Shown one piece after another: positions 49,069 through 57,425 of a stretch of 64,000 bases of DNA. The translations under genes and the position numbers were made by a program. Each line of letters starts with the position of its first letter. Positions within the stretch are counted from its first letter, which is position 1. This DNA comes from Gemmatimonadota bacterium (GTDB lineage Bacteria; Gemmatimonadota; Gemmatimonadetes; Gemmatimonadales; Gemmatimonadaceae): contig JAZJZK010000008.1 in NCBI GenBank assembly GCA_040389905.1, forward strand, positions 160,001 to 224,000, given 5' to 3'. The notes below the pieces were generated by a model. The model was given only the letters and a program-made list of their open reading frames with translations. It searched no databases and was not told where the DNA came from.

Positions 49069-50388
49069 CTATTGCGCGGGTTGGAAGTGCTTCTGCATGA
49101 ATTGGAGGAAGATCGGAAAGTCTGACGGAACGGTCCCATGGCCACCCGAATGCATGTAGTAGCCGAGCGTATTCAGAATCGGTTCGCCAGCCGCGGGCAT
49201 CTTGTCCGTCTCGAGCCCCTTCACGCCGAGCAGCTTGAACACCGGCTCGGCGGCGACGGCGGCGAGAAACTCGCCTTTGGGGTCGGACCAGAAGTCGGTG
49301 TCGCCAGTCTGCAGCAGCACCGGGCGCGGTGCGATGAGCGACACCAGCATGTGTCCATCCATCGGAAGCGCGGCGACCTTCTCGCCGAATGTCCCGTAGA
49401 TGCCGGCGAATTGATATGCGTAGCGCGTTGGGTGCGTCATGTGTGCGACGGTCTCACCGTAGTTCCGGCGACTCAATGCCGCACCACTTTCGCCCGAGCA
49501 ACTGGCGATCACCAGCGCGAAGCGCGTGTCGCGCGCGCCGGTCCAGAGCACCGTCTTGCCGATGCGCGATATCCCCAGTAGCGCGACGCGCTTCGCGTCA
49601 ACGCCCGCGTCCGTCTCGAGGTAGTCCATGACGCGACTCAATCCCCAACTCCAGGCCGCGATCGTCCCCCACTCGTCGGGCTTGGGAGCGGTCTGACCCG
49701 GAGCGAGGTAGGTCGCGCGGACTCCGTTCGGCAGGCCGCCGATCATGTCGGGGTCGATGTCTCCGTAGTAGACCGTTGCGACGCCGATGCCTTGCTCGAG
49801 GAAGGGGAGCGGTTTGAGGCCGCCGCCCGGACGCATCGGTGGCGCCGGCACGCGCTTGCCATCGCGCGACCACATCTGACCGGGCGTGATGCCTGCGTCG
49901 TCGATAGTGCTGGCGTTGGGGCTGAAGCTCACGTTCAGCAGAAGTGGCACGGGTCCGCGCGCATTCGCCGGTAGATACAGAAGGAGGTCGACCTTTGGGC
50001 CCGCCGTGTCCTTCGTGAAGAACACGGTCACTTGCCGGCGCGTGGCTTTTCCTCCGAGCGCGGGCGCGGACTTCTCGTTCGTCCGGAACCACAGGTCCGC
50101 GGGCCGGCCGGGCGCGCGCCCGAACTGAATCTCTTCGAAAAGGCGAACGATTTCGGGGCGACGTTCGGCGAACCAGGTCTTCGCGTCACGCACAGGCTTT
50201 CCATTGGCGAGCACGAGAGGATCGGGCAACGTGTAGCTGCCGACTTTGGCTTCGTCGTAGTTCACCGGAATGCCCGCGACGACCGCTGGGGGAGCGGCTG
50301 GCGTCTGTGCTGGTGTCGCCGGCGTCTGCGCGTATAGGCGTGCTGCGACGAAAATCGCCGGCATCGAGAACAACAATCTGCGTCGCAT
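49069..50388 (-). CDS. CE15 glucuronoyl-esterase-like carbohydrate esterase, secreted
   Basis: NYDEAKV..YTLPDPL, WGTIAAWSWGLSR..DYLE, G-I-S-R-I-G-K, CSGE.GAALSRR..GE, IAPRP and WSDP.GEF motifs. Confidence 0.88.
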   Translation of the reverse strand: MRRRLLFSMPAIFVAARLYAQTPATPAQTPAAPPAVVAGIPVNYDEAKVGSYTLPDPLVLANGKPVRDAKTWFAERRPEIVRLFEEIQFGRAPGRPADLWFRTNEKSAPALGGKATRRQVTVFFTKDTAGPKVDLLLYLPANARGPVPLLLNVSFSPNASTIDDAGITPGQMWSRDGKRVPAPPMRPGGGLKPLPFLEQGIGVATVYYGDIDPDMIGGLPNGVRATYLAPGQTAPKPDEWGTIAAWSWGLSRVMDYLETDAGVDAKRVALLGISRIGKTVLWTGARDTRFALVIASCSGESGAALSRRNYGETVAHMTHPTRYAYQFAGIYGTFGEKVAALPMDGHMLVSLIAPRPVLLQTGDTDFWSDPKGEFLAAVAAEPVFKLLGVKGLETDKMPAAGEPILNTLGYYMHSGGHGTVPSDFPIFLQFMQKHFQPAQ

Positions 50389-50418
50389 ATTCGTACCCTC
50401 GAGAAATTGTCTTGAACG

Positions 50419-50442
50419 GCATTGACCCTCTGGGGTCAATGC
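50419..50442. other. Intergenic stem-loop between GH106 and CE15 (mRNA stabiliser, terminator or operator)
   Basis: GCATTGACCC-TCTG-GGGTCAATGC, perfect 10-bp stem. Confidence 0.55.
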
Positions 50443-50459
50443 TTTGATGGTCCGCATTT

Positions 50460-53400
50460 TCAACGAACAACGACCGAGAGCAGTTTCACCGGTCCGAGTA
50501 GTCCCGACTCACTCAACGGAGGCGCTGCCGGCCCACCGCCGCCGCCACCAGGTCCAGCAGGCGGCGCGCTCAACACCTTCTTTCCCGCAGGCAGCGCGCG
50601 ATCGCCGGCAATGCGATTCGTCCACTCATTCGTGACGCGCACCTCCAGCCGATTCGCCCCCGGCTTGAGCCGGCTCGTGACATCGACCTGATACGGCGCT
50701 GTCCATGCGATGCCCAGTGGCACGCCGTTCAGCGATACCTCCGCGACGTCACGTACAGCGCCAAGGTCGAGGAGCACGCGCGCCCCTGGCCTGAGCCAGC
50801 CGCGCGACACCTGAATGGTCTTCGAATACGTGGCCGTTCCCGAGAACCACTTGATCCCCGAGTCGGCGCGCGTCGTCCACGACGCAAGTGTGTCGAAGCG
50901 CGCGCGGGCAGGCGCTCCGAGTCCGGGTGCGAACGACACATCCCACGCGCCCGCGATTGTTGCCAATGTCGTCTCCTCCGTGCGCGCCACCGTTCGCGAC
51001 GAGGCTGTCGCCGGCCGCCGGAAGACAACAAACACCGCGGCGTTCGGTGCGAGTCGCAATGGAACGGTTGTGCGATTGCCGTCGATGCGGTATTCCGCTG
51101 CTTCCGTCATGCCGCTCTCAGGATGCCACAGCTCGGCTTCCTTGCCGGCCACGCGGAATCGCGTCTCGATGAACTGCGCCTTGTCCGACACATTTGCGAC
51201 GTAATAGATGTCCGCGTCGCCCGATTGACGGTGCGCCCACGCCACATCACCGTCGAGCTGGCGGCCGTAATCGACATCGCGCGGGACACGCAACGAGTAG
51301 AACACGCTGTCGAGAGACAATCCCCAAATCACGGTGCCGTTGCCATTCAACAACGTGCGTCGAGTGCGACTGACGCCATCCAGGTCGCCCCACAGGTCGT
51401 CGGCCAATGCGCGGAGTTCACTATCCGCATCTGGATATCCGACCAGGCTCGGACTTCGCGTCGGCTTCGGACCAATGACGGTCGCGCCCGCGCGAACCAG
51501 CTCGTTCACCTTCCGCAATACCGGAAGTGTCATGCGGTCCGTCGCCGGCAAGACGAGCACGCGATAGCTCGTCCCGTCCGGCAGCATGATGCGGCCGTCG
51601 GGCCCCGCCGTCATGCGCGTGAGAAGAACGTCGGCGTTGACGTAGTCGTAGTCGAAGCCCGCGGGCCGCGCGGGGCTGACGCCGCCACCCCAGAAGGGCA
51701 TCGTCGACGGCGCACCTTCATTGAGCAGGTACGCGATATCCGCCACCGACCTGCCCTGCTGCAGCATGAACGAGTTCCGCGCGAGGTACGTCATCAACGG
51801 CGCGGCCTGTTCGGCCCAGGTAATGTTGCGGTTGATGTGCGTCCCGACCATGGTGTTGCCGGGCTTCGTATCGAGCGGCTGGTGCGCGGACGTGTGGAAG
51901 ATCAATCGGTTGATGCCCTGCGCGAACCAGTAGTTGCCGAGCCGCTTGAGCGCGTCAGGAGATTCGTAACCGCCACCGGTGAATGACTCCGCCGCGACGA
52001 TGCGTTTGCCGTACGCATGTGCTGCGGACGCTGCGCCCCGCACATCCTCGTAATACATCGTGAGCGGATGCAGTGACCGCATCCAGAACTCACCCATCGG
52101 AATGTCGACTTTGCTTTTGTTCAGCAGCGCGTCTTCGAGCGGCTCGAGCGACACGCCAGATGCTTCGCTGTAGGTCTGGATGCCTTGGGCGTGGAAGAAC
52201 TCCGTCGCCGCGCCGTAGAAATTCGTGGCGAACATGTCGACGAGCGTGCGGCGGAAGTCCCACAGGAAGCGGTCGCTCGCCTCCGCGCTCTCGACGACGC
52301 GCCCCGCGAGGACGGGCAGCCATGGCGTGGGGTCGTAGCCACGACGCGTGCGGAACTCCCGCGGCATCTCCTCCGTCCAGTTCTGCACTCCCGCCTCCCA
52401 GCTGTCCAGCAACACATGGCTGAGGCTCTTCCCATAGAGCGGGCCCAGCGCCTTGGAGATCGGGTCGACGTAACCACGCAGGTACGATTCCGTGTGGGTG
52501 CGACTGAGCTTGTCCACTTCGTAACCCAGTCCCGCGGCGACGGCGGGACGATTCTTCGCTCCAGTCAGCGAGTACCCCAGGCGCATGATCGTCCAGCGTC
52601 CCGCCGGTACGTCCCAATCCAGCGTGCCGTCGGCGCGCAGCTTCGATGTGACGTCGATGATATCGCTGCGCGCGATGGTGGATGTCGATGGAAGGGCGGG
52701 CGTCGGGGTCGTTTCGTACTCGAAGAGAAAGCTGAAGCCAGCCTTGTCCTCCCACCGATGGACGCGGCCGCCGCCCTGCAGCGCAGCCTCGGTGAGTACG
52801 TACTCGCGCGCCGGTTGCGTCGGTGCTTGCGACATGTTGCCGGCGGGCGAGGAGGTGGCGGCCGTCAACTCGATCCGATAGTAGCGCGCGCTCGTACCGG
52901 GCAGCGCAAAGGTGCGTACCGTGCCAGGACGATAGCCACCAGGTCCAGGCAGCGCCGCAATCGCGCGAAAGGACATTCCGTCGTTGCTCGCGAGAATGCG
53001 ACCGTACGGAATGCCACCACGCGCAGCGAGCGAAAGGGCACGCGCAGCGAAAGGCTCCGCAAAGGCAAATTGCACCCACGCGGGTCCGCTCGGCGGCGCG
53101 GGGATCGTGAGTGCGGAGTTGAGATCGTCGTCGAGCAGCGGCGTTGCGTCGATCGGTCCCGCGTGCGTTGTCACAACCGGGCGAAGCGACCCCGCATCGC
53201 GTTCGTCACTCGGCGTCCGATAGGCGAGGACCGCACCCTCTCCATAGTACGTCGGATCTGGTGGCGCATTGCCGCCGCCACCGCGCGTAAGATTGCGAAT
53301 CGGACCATTGTTCGACGGTGGTTTCGGCAGCGGATTCGTCAGGCGGCGAGGACCGTCGACCACCACTTCACTCCACACGAGCTTCTTCATCGCCTGCTCG

Positions 53401-53813
53401 GGTTTCACCCACGGTCCACCGGCGAGGCTCCACCCTGCGGAGCTGAACATCGTCATCTCGAGCCCAAGCCGATCTGCCTCAGCCGCAGAGTGGCGGACGG
53501 CGTCGAGCCACGCCGGTGAAAAGAATGGGACCTTCGTGTCGACGGTTTGACCGCCGCCGGATTCCACATCGGCGAGTTGCACGCCGCCAATGCCGACGCG
53601 CTTCATCCATTCGAGGTCCTTCGTGATGCCGTCCTTCGTGACGTTGCTGCGTGTCCAGTGCCACCAGGTGCGTGGCTTTGCTGCGGCCGGTGGACTGGCA
53701 AACATGCGGGCGAGTGTGTCGTTCGTCGCCGCGGCAACTTGCGATTGCGCCGGAGGGGCGAGCAGGAACACGAGCGCTATGTTAGCGACCGTTGTTCGTG
53801 AAAAAATGTTCAT
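50460..53813 (-). CDS. GH106 alpha-L-rhamnosidase-like glycoside hydrolase, secreted
   Basis: F.SPP..AKP.TWWHW, GIT.DLE.MKRVGIGG, GWS..GGPWVKPE, DSWE, PMGEFW, AESFT; C-terminal GH2-like beta domain. Confidence 0.9.
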   Translation of the reverse strand: MNIFSRTTVANIALVFLLAPPAQSQVAAATNDTLARMFASPPAAAKPRTWWHWTRSNVTKDGITKDLEWMKRVGIGGVQLADVESGGGQTVDTKVPFFSPAWLDAVRHSAAEADRLGLEMTMFSSAGWSLAGGPWVKPEQAMKKLVWSEVVVDGPRRLTNPLPKPPSNNGPIRNLTRGGGGNAPPDPTYYGEGAVLAYRTPSDERDAGSLRPVVTTHAGPIDATPLLDDDLNSALTIPAPPSGPAWVQFAFAEPFAARALSLAARGGIPYGRILASNDGMSFRAIAALPGPGGYRPGTVRTFALPGTSARYYRIELTAATSSPAGNMSQAPTQPAREYVLTEAALQGGGRVHRWEDKAGFSFLFEYETTPTPALPSTSTIARSDIIDVTSKLRADGTLDWDVPAGRWTIMRLGYSLTGAKNRPAVAAGLGYEVDKLSRTHTESYLRGYVDPISKALGPLYGKSLSHVLLDSWEAGVQNWTEEMPREFRTRRGYDPTPWLPVLAGRVVESAEASDRFLWDFRRTLVDMFATNFYGAATEFFHAQGIQTYSEASGVSLEPLEDALLNKSKVDIPMGEFWMRSLHPLTMYYEDVRGAASAAHAYGKRIVAAESFTGGGYESPDALKRLGNYWFAQGINRLIFHTSAHQPLDTKPGNTMVGTHINRNITWAEQAAPLMTYLARNSFMLQQGRSVADIAYLLNEGAPSTMPFWGGGVSPARPAGFDYDYVNADVLLTRMTAGPDGRIMLPDGTSYRVLVLPATDRMTLPVLRKVNELVRAGATVIGPKPTRSPSLVGYPDADSELRALADDLWGDLDGVSRTRRTLLNGNGTVIWGLSLDSVFYSLRVPRDVDYGRQLDGDVAWAHRQSGDADIYYVANVSDKAQFIETRFRVAGKEAELWHPESGMTEAAEYRIDGNRTTVPLRLAPNAAVFVVFRRPATASSRTVARTEETTLATIAGAWDVSFAPGLGAPARARFDTLASWTTRADSGIKWFSGTATYSKTIQVSRGWLRPGARVLLDLGAVRDVAEVSLNGVPLGIAWTAPYQVDVTSRLKPGANRLEVRVTNEWTNRIAGDRALPAGKKVLSAPPAGPGGGGGGPAAPPLSESGLLGPVKLLSVVVR

Positions 53814-53938
53814 ACTCTCGCTCGGTCAGGAGTGCGGGCGACGTGCGAGAGGCACAATAGCGCTAACAGGAGAGAGTTGCAAAGCGAGCGCTCCTGCTCG
53901 TGCGGTTGGCCTTCGCTCTGGCTCGCCAAAACCCTCTT

Positions 53939-54030
53939 ACCGCAGAGGTCGCAGAGTTCGGAGCACCAATGCAGACGACTGGTACTCCTCGCCGCAGAGG
54001 GCGCAGGAGGACTACGGAACGACGACAGCG
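53939..54030 (+). repeat. Two family C half-arms
   Basis: ACCGCAGAGGTCGCAGAG and GCCGCAGAGGGCGCAGGAGGACTACGGAAC. Confidence 0.7.
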
Positions 54031-54063
54031 TGAATGTCCATATCACTGAGATGCAATACAGTT

Positions 54064-54105
54064 CGCTCGTCTTGTCGCCCTGAGCGAAGCGAATGGCCTG
54101 CACTT
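54064..54105 (-). repeat. REP-like singlet, family A (reverse)
   Basis: CGCTCGTCTTGTCGCCCTGAGCGAAGCGAATGGCCTGCACTT. Confidence 0.88.
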
Positions 54106-54156
54106 ACGAGCTAGTGAGCATCCTGAAACTGCCATTTTGGAGCGCAACGCCGTGGA

Positions 54157-54246
54157 TGTCATCCCGAGCGAAGTCGAGGGATCTGCACTTGCCGCCTGTG
54201 TACGAGGTGCAGACCCCTCGACTCGCTTCGCTCGCTCGGGGTGACA
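54157..54246 (+). repeat. 90-nt REP doublet, family B
   Basis: TGTCATCCCGAGCGAAGTCGAGGGATCTGCAC...GTGCAGACCCCTCGACTCGCTTCGCTCGCTCGGGGTGACA. Confidence 0.93.
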
Positions 54247-54355
54247 ATCCTTGAATTGGCCGTTTGAGGGCGGACACGAGCTAAAGCGATCCGCCATAGT
54301 GGATTGCCGCGTTGGACACTAACGGTGCACGTGCAAAAGCATCACTGACCCAGTG

Positions 54356-54448
54356 TTGAACACGGATCACGCGGATTGAGCGGATTCGACGGGTCTTCCG
54401 TTCACGAAGTTATCCGCAGAATCCGTTCAATCCGTCAACTCTGTTTCA
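54356..54448. repeat. Family D inverted-repeat element
   Basis: CGGATTGAGCGGATTC / GAATCCGTTCAATCCG; begins TTGAACACGGAT like the 48933 element. Confidence 0.75.
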
Positions 54449-54556
54449 TGAAACTGGGTCGTTGTGACTCGTAGGGCGGTGAGCATTGTCCAACGCGAGT
54501 CAGTCTCTCGCAAACAGTCTGTCCTCTCCGCGAGATCCCCGCGATTCCAGCCACTA

Positions 54557-56134
54557 CTAGATTCTCGGCGCCACAAATCTCCGCGACCGTCGCTCGTACG
54601 CGTGCGCCAACGCCAGCAATCGCGCATCGCTGCCCGGTAGCCCGACGAAGGAAATATTCCCTGCGGGCATGCCGTCAGCACCGAGACCCGTCGGCACCGA
54701 TACCTCAGGCAACCCGAGCCAGTTGCCATAACCGAGCGTCGTGCGGATGTCCGGCCACGGGTCCACGGCGCGAGGAGCTGGAAAGGGCATTGTCGGATAG
54801 ATCATCGCATCCAATCGCTGCGCATGAAATGTCTCCGCGAGTTGCGCCGTCACTTCGGCGCGCGAGCGCGCGAAGGAGACGCCGGCCGTGTCGCGCTCAT
54901 ATGGCTGTCCGATGAGCTTTGACATGTCCTCCCACTCCTTGGGAAGGACGTCGTAGAACGCACGAAACGCTGCGAGGCCTCGCTCCACATCGCGTCGCGC
55001 GTCACCGCCGTGTGTCTCGAAGTATCTGAAGAGTGCGTTTGCCGTTGCGGCCGGCGAATTCGCATTGGGCGGAACGTCGCCGCGTGCCTTCGCCGAGTCG
55101 GCGAAGAGTGTCCGCACGTTTGCCCGCGTCACCGTCGGTGCACTCTTCTCGACAATCGCGCCGCCAGACGTCAGGTCCGCAACGGCGCGATCGAATACCG
55201 ATAGCGACTCGGCGGTCATCTGCGCGCGCGGTACGTGTGCTTCCACGAGCCCGAGTCGAGCGTTGACGAGTGCGTCGTCACGCAGCGAGGCGAGCACTCC
55301 ATGTGTCCATGGTGCCGTTAGGGCGAGGCCGTCCGATGCATCGGGTCCGGCGATCGCGTCGAGCAGCAGCGCGGCGTCGGCCACACAACGTGCGAGCGGC
55401 CCATGCGTGTCGAGGTACGGCCAGGTAGGAATGACACCCGTGCGCGGAACGAGCCCGAATGTCGGCTTCATCCCGACCACGCCGCAGAACTGCGCGGGGA
55501 TTCGATTGGAGCCACCGTCGTCGGTGCCAAGCGCGGCGAAGGCGATGCCGCACGAGACAGATACCGCAGAGCCGGCACTCGACCCACCCGGCGTCTTCAC
55601 GCCAGAGGCATCGTGTGGATTGCGCACCTGCCCCGACAAGGAACTCGTTCCGTTGCCACGATAGGCAAAGTCATCGGCGGCGGTCTTTCCGAGCACGACA
55701 GCACCGGCCGCGCGCATGCGCGCGACTTCCACGGCGTCGCTCCGCACGACTTCCGGGAACAGCTGTGACCACTCCTTGCTGGACCCCGTGGTCGGAAGGC
55801 CCCGCATGTCGTAGATGGACTTCGCGAAGAGTGGAACGCCGTCAAGCGGCCCGAGGAGAGCGCCACGCCGCGCGCGCGCATCGGACGCGCGGGCGTCATC
55901 CATGGCGGTCGCAGACACGAGATCGACCGCGTGGAGTGTGCCGTTCAAGGCGGTCACGCGACCGAGTGCCTGCTTGGTGACGTCCACTGCCGTCCAATCA
56001 CCACGCGCTCGTCCAGCCTGGTACTCGACGATGGTGCCGGCGAGGGGATCGGCAAGACGCGCTGGCCACCGCACGAACGGCACGGCGAACAGGGCGCTCA
56101 GGTGGCGGAGTGCTTCGCGTCGGGAGATGGCCAT
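54557..56134 (-). CDS. Amidase signature family enzyme with Tat-like signal
   Basis: SRREAL twin-arginine motif; GPLDGVP..K, GGSSAGS and GTDDGGSNRIP motifs. Confidence 0.9.
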   Translation of the reverse strand: MAISRREALRHLSALFAVPFVRWPARLADPLAGTIVEYQAGRARGDWTAVDVTKQALGRVTALNGTLHAVDLVSATAMDDARASDARARRGALLGPLDGVPLFAKSIYDMRGLPTTGSSKEWSQLFPEVVRSDAVEVARMRAAGAVVLGKTAADDFAYRGNGTSSLSGQVRNPHDASGVKTPGGSSAGSAVSVSCGIAFAALGTDDGGSNRIPAQFCGVVGMKPTFGLVPRTGVIPTWPYLDTHGPLARCVADAALLLDAIAGPDASDGLALTAPWTHGVLASLRDDALVNARLGLVEAHVPRAQMTAESLSVFDRAVADLTSGGAIVEKSAPTVTRANVRTLFADSAKARGDVPPNANSPAATANALFRYFETHGGDARRDVERGLAAFRAFYDVLPKEWEDMSKLIGQPYERDTAGVSFARSRAEVTAQLAETFHAQRLDAMIYPTMPFPAPRAVDPWPDIRTTLGYGNWLGLPEVSVPTGLGADGMPAGNISFVGLPGSDARLLALAHAYERRSRRFVAPRI

Positions 56135-56175
56135 GACGGCGCTCGAACTGGTTGGCGGAGAATTAGGGCGGCGGA

Positions 56176-56222
56176 AGGTGCGGGCCGCCCTTCGCTGCGC
56201 TCAGGGCGACAAAACGATCGGA
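56176..56222 (+). repeat. REP-like singlet, family A
   Basis: AGGTGCGGGCCGCCCTTCGCTGCGCTCAGGGCGACAAAACGATCGGA. Confidence 0.85.
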
Positions 56223-56234
56223 ACCGCACGGGCA

Positions 56235-57350
56235 CTATTTTCCGTTCGGAAGCTCGAACCAGAACACGCTCCCAATCGGGTCTCCCGAGTCGATGCTGAT
56301 CGTTCCCCCGTGAGCATCGATGGCGAGCTTGCAGAACGCCAGCCCAAGACCCGCGGAATGATGCGTACGCCTCTCACGCGCCTCGATGGTGCCGAACTTC
56401 TCGAAGATTCTCTTTCGCGCTTCGACCGGGATCCCGCGGCCCTGGTCGTGCAATGCGACCCGCGCTCGGTCCTGCGTACCAACAACCGTGAACCGCACAC
56501 GACTTCCAGCCGGTGTGTGCTTGATGGCGTTGCTCAGGAGGTTCTCGATCACGCGGCGCACCAGGTCGGTATCACACTCGACCACGACGTCGCCATCTGC
56601 GTCGAGATCGAACACGCGGGTGCGGTCCATGCCGCTGAGTCGCGCGATCACATCGCGCGTGACGTGGACGAGGTCCGTCGGCGCGCGATTGAGCGGCATC
56701 TCGCCCTGTTCGAGCCGACTCACGTCGAGGAGTTCGTTGGCCATGTTCCCCAGCGTCTTCGCCGCACGGATGCTCGTGCGAAGGTCATCGCTCGCTTGCG
56801 CGCTCACGGATCCCGAGATCCCCTCCTGGAGAAACTCGAGGTTTCTCGTCAGGGCCATCAGGGGTGATCGCATGTCATGCACCACCATGTTGAACAACTT
56901 CTCGCGCAGATCCTCCACCACCTGGAGACGTTCATGTTCCTCCACCAGGTCGCGCAGCGCGCGCCTGAGCGTGACATGTGTCTTGACGCGCGCGAGCACT
57001 TCGTCGATCTGAAACGGCTTGGTGATGTAGTCGACGCCGCCTGCCTCGAACGCCTTGACTTTGTCAGCGGTATCCGTGAGCGCGGTGAGGAAGATGATGG
57101 GCACGTCGCGCGCGACGTCCAGCGTCTTGATGTGTGCGCAAACGTCGTAGCCATTCATCGCCGGCATGTTGATGTCGAGCAGGATCAAGTCGGGCGGATC
57201 GCGCTCGACCGCTTGAATGGCCTGTCGCCCATTGGTCACGGGCCGGACCTCATACCCATGCCCGCCCAGCAGGCTCGCGAGCAGTCGCAGGTTCTCGACC
57301 CTGTCGTCTACCACGAGGATGGTCGCCAGCGGCGCCGGGTCGGAATGCAT
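56235..57350 (-). CDS. REC-HisKA-HATPase hybrid kinase
   Basis: ILVVDD, LLDINMP, DYITKPF, HDMRSP, NLLSNAIK and GLGLAFCK motifs. Confidence 0.92.
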   Translation of the reverse strand: MHSDPAPLATILVVDDRVENLRLLASLLGGHGYEVRPVTNGRQAIQAVERDPPDLILLDINMPAMNGYDVCAHIKTLDVARDVPIIFLTALTDTADKVKAFEAGGVDYITKPFQIDEVLARVKTHVTLRRALRDLVEEHERLQVVEDLREKLFNMVVHDMRSPLMALTRNLEFLQEGISGSVSAQASDDLRTSIRAAKTLGNMANELLDVSRLEQGEMPLNRAPTDLVHVTRDVIARLSGMDRTRVFDLDADGDVVVECDTDLVRRVIENLLSNAIKHTPAGSRVRFTVVGTQDRARVALHDQGRGIPVEARKRIFEKFGTIEARERRTHHSAGLGLAFCKLAIDAHGGTISIDSGDPIGSVFWFELPNGK

Positions 57351-57425
57351 CCTGAAGGATACGGGTAAATCCTCGACCTGTGCAGTGCTGGCTGTCCGAA
57401 GCCCGCACGCGCACATTCGTTGCCG

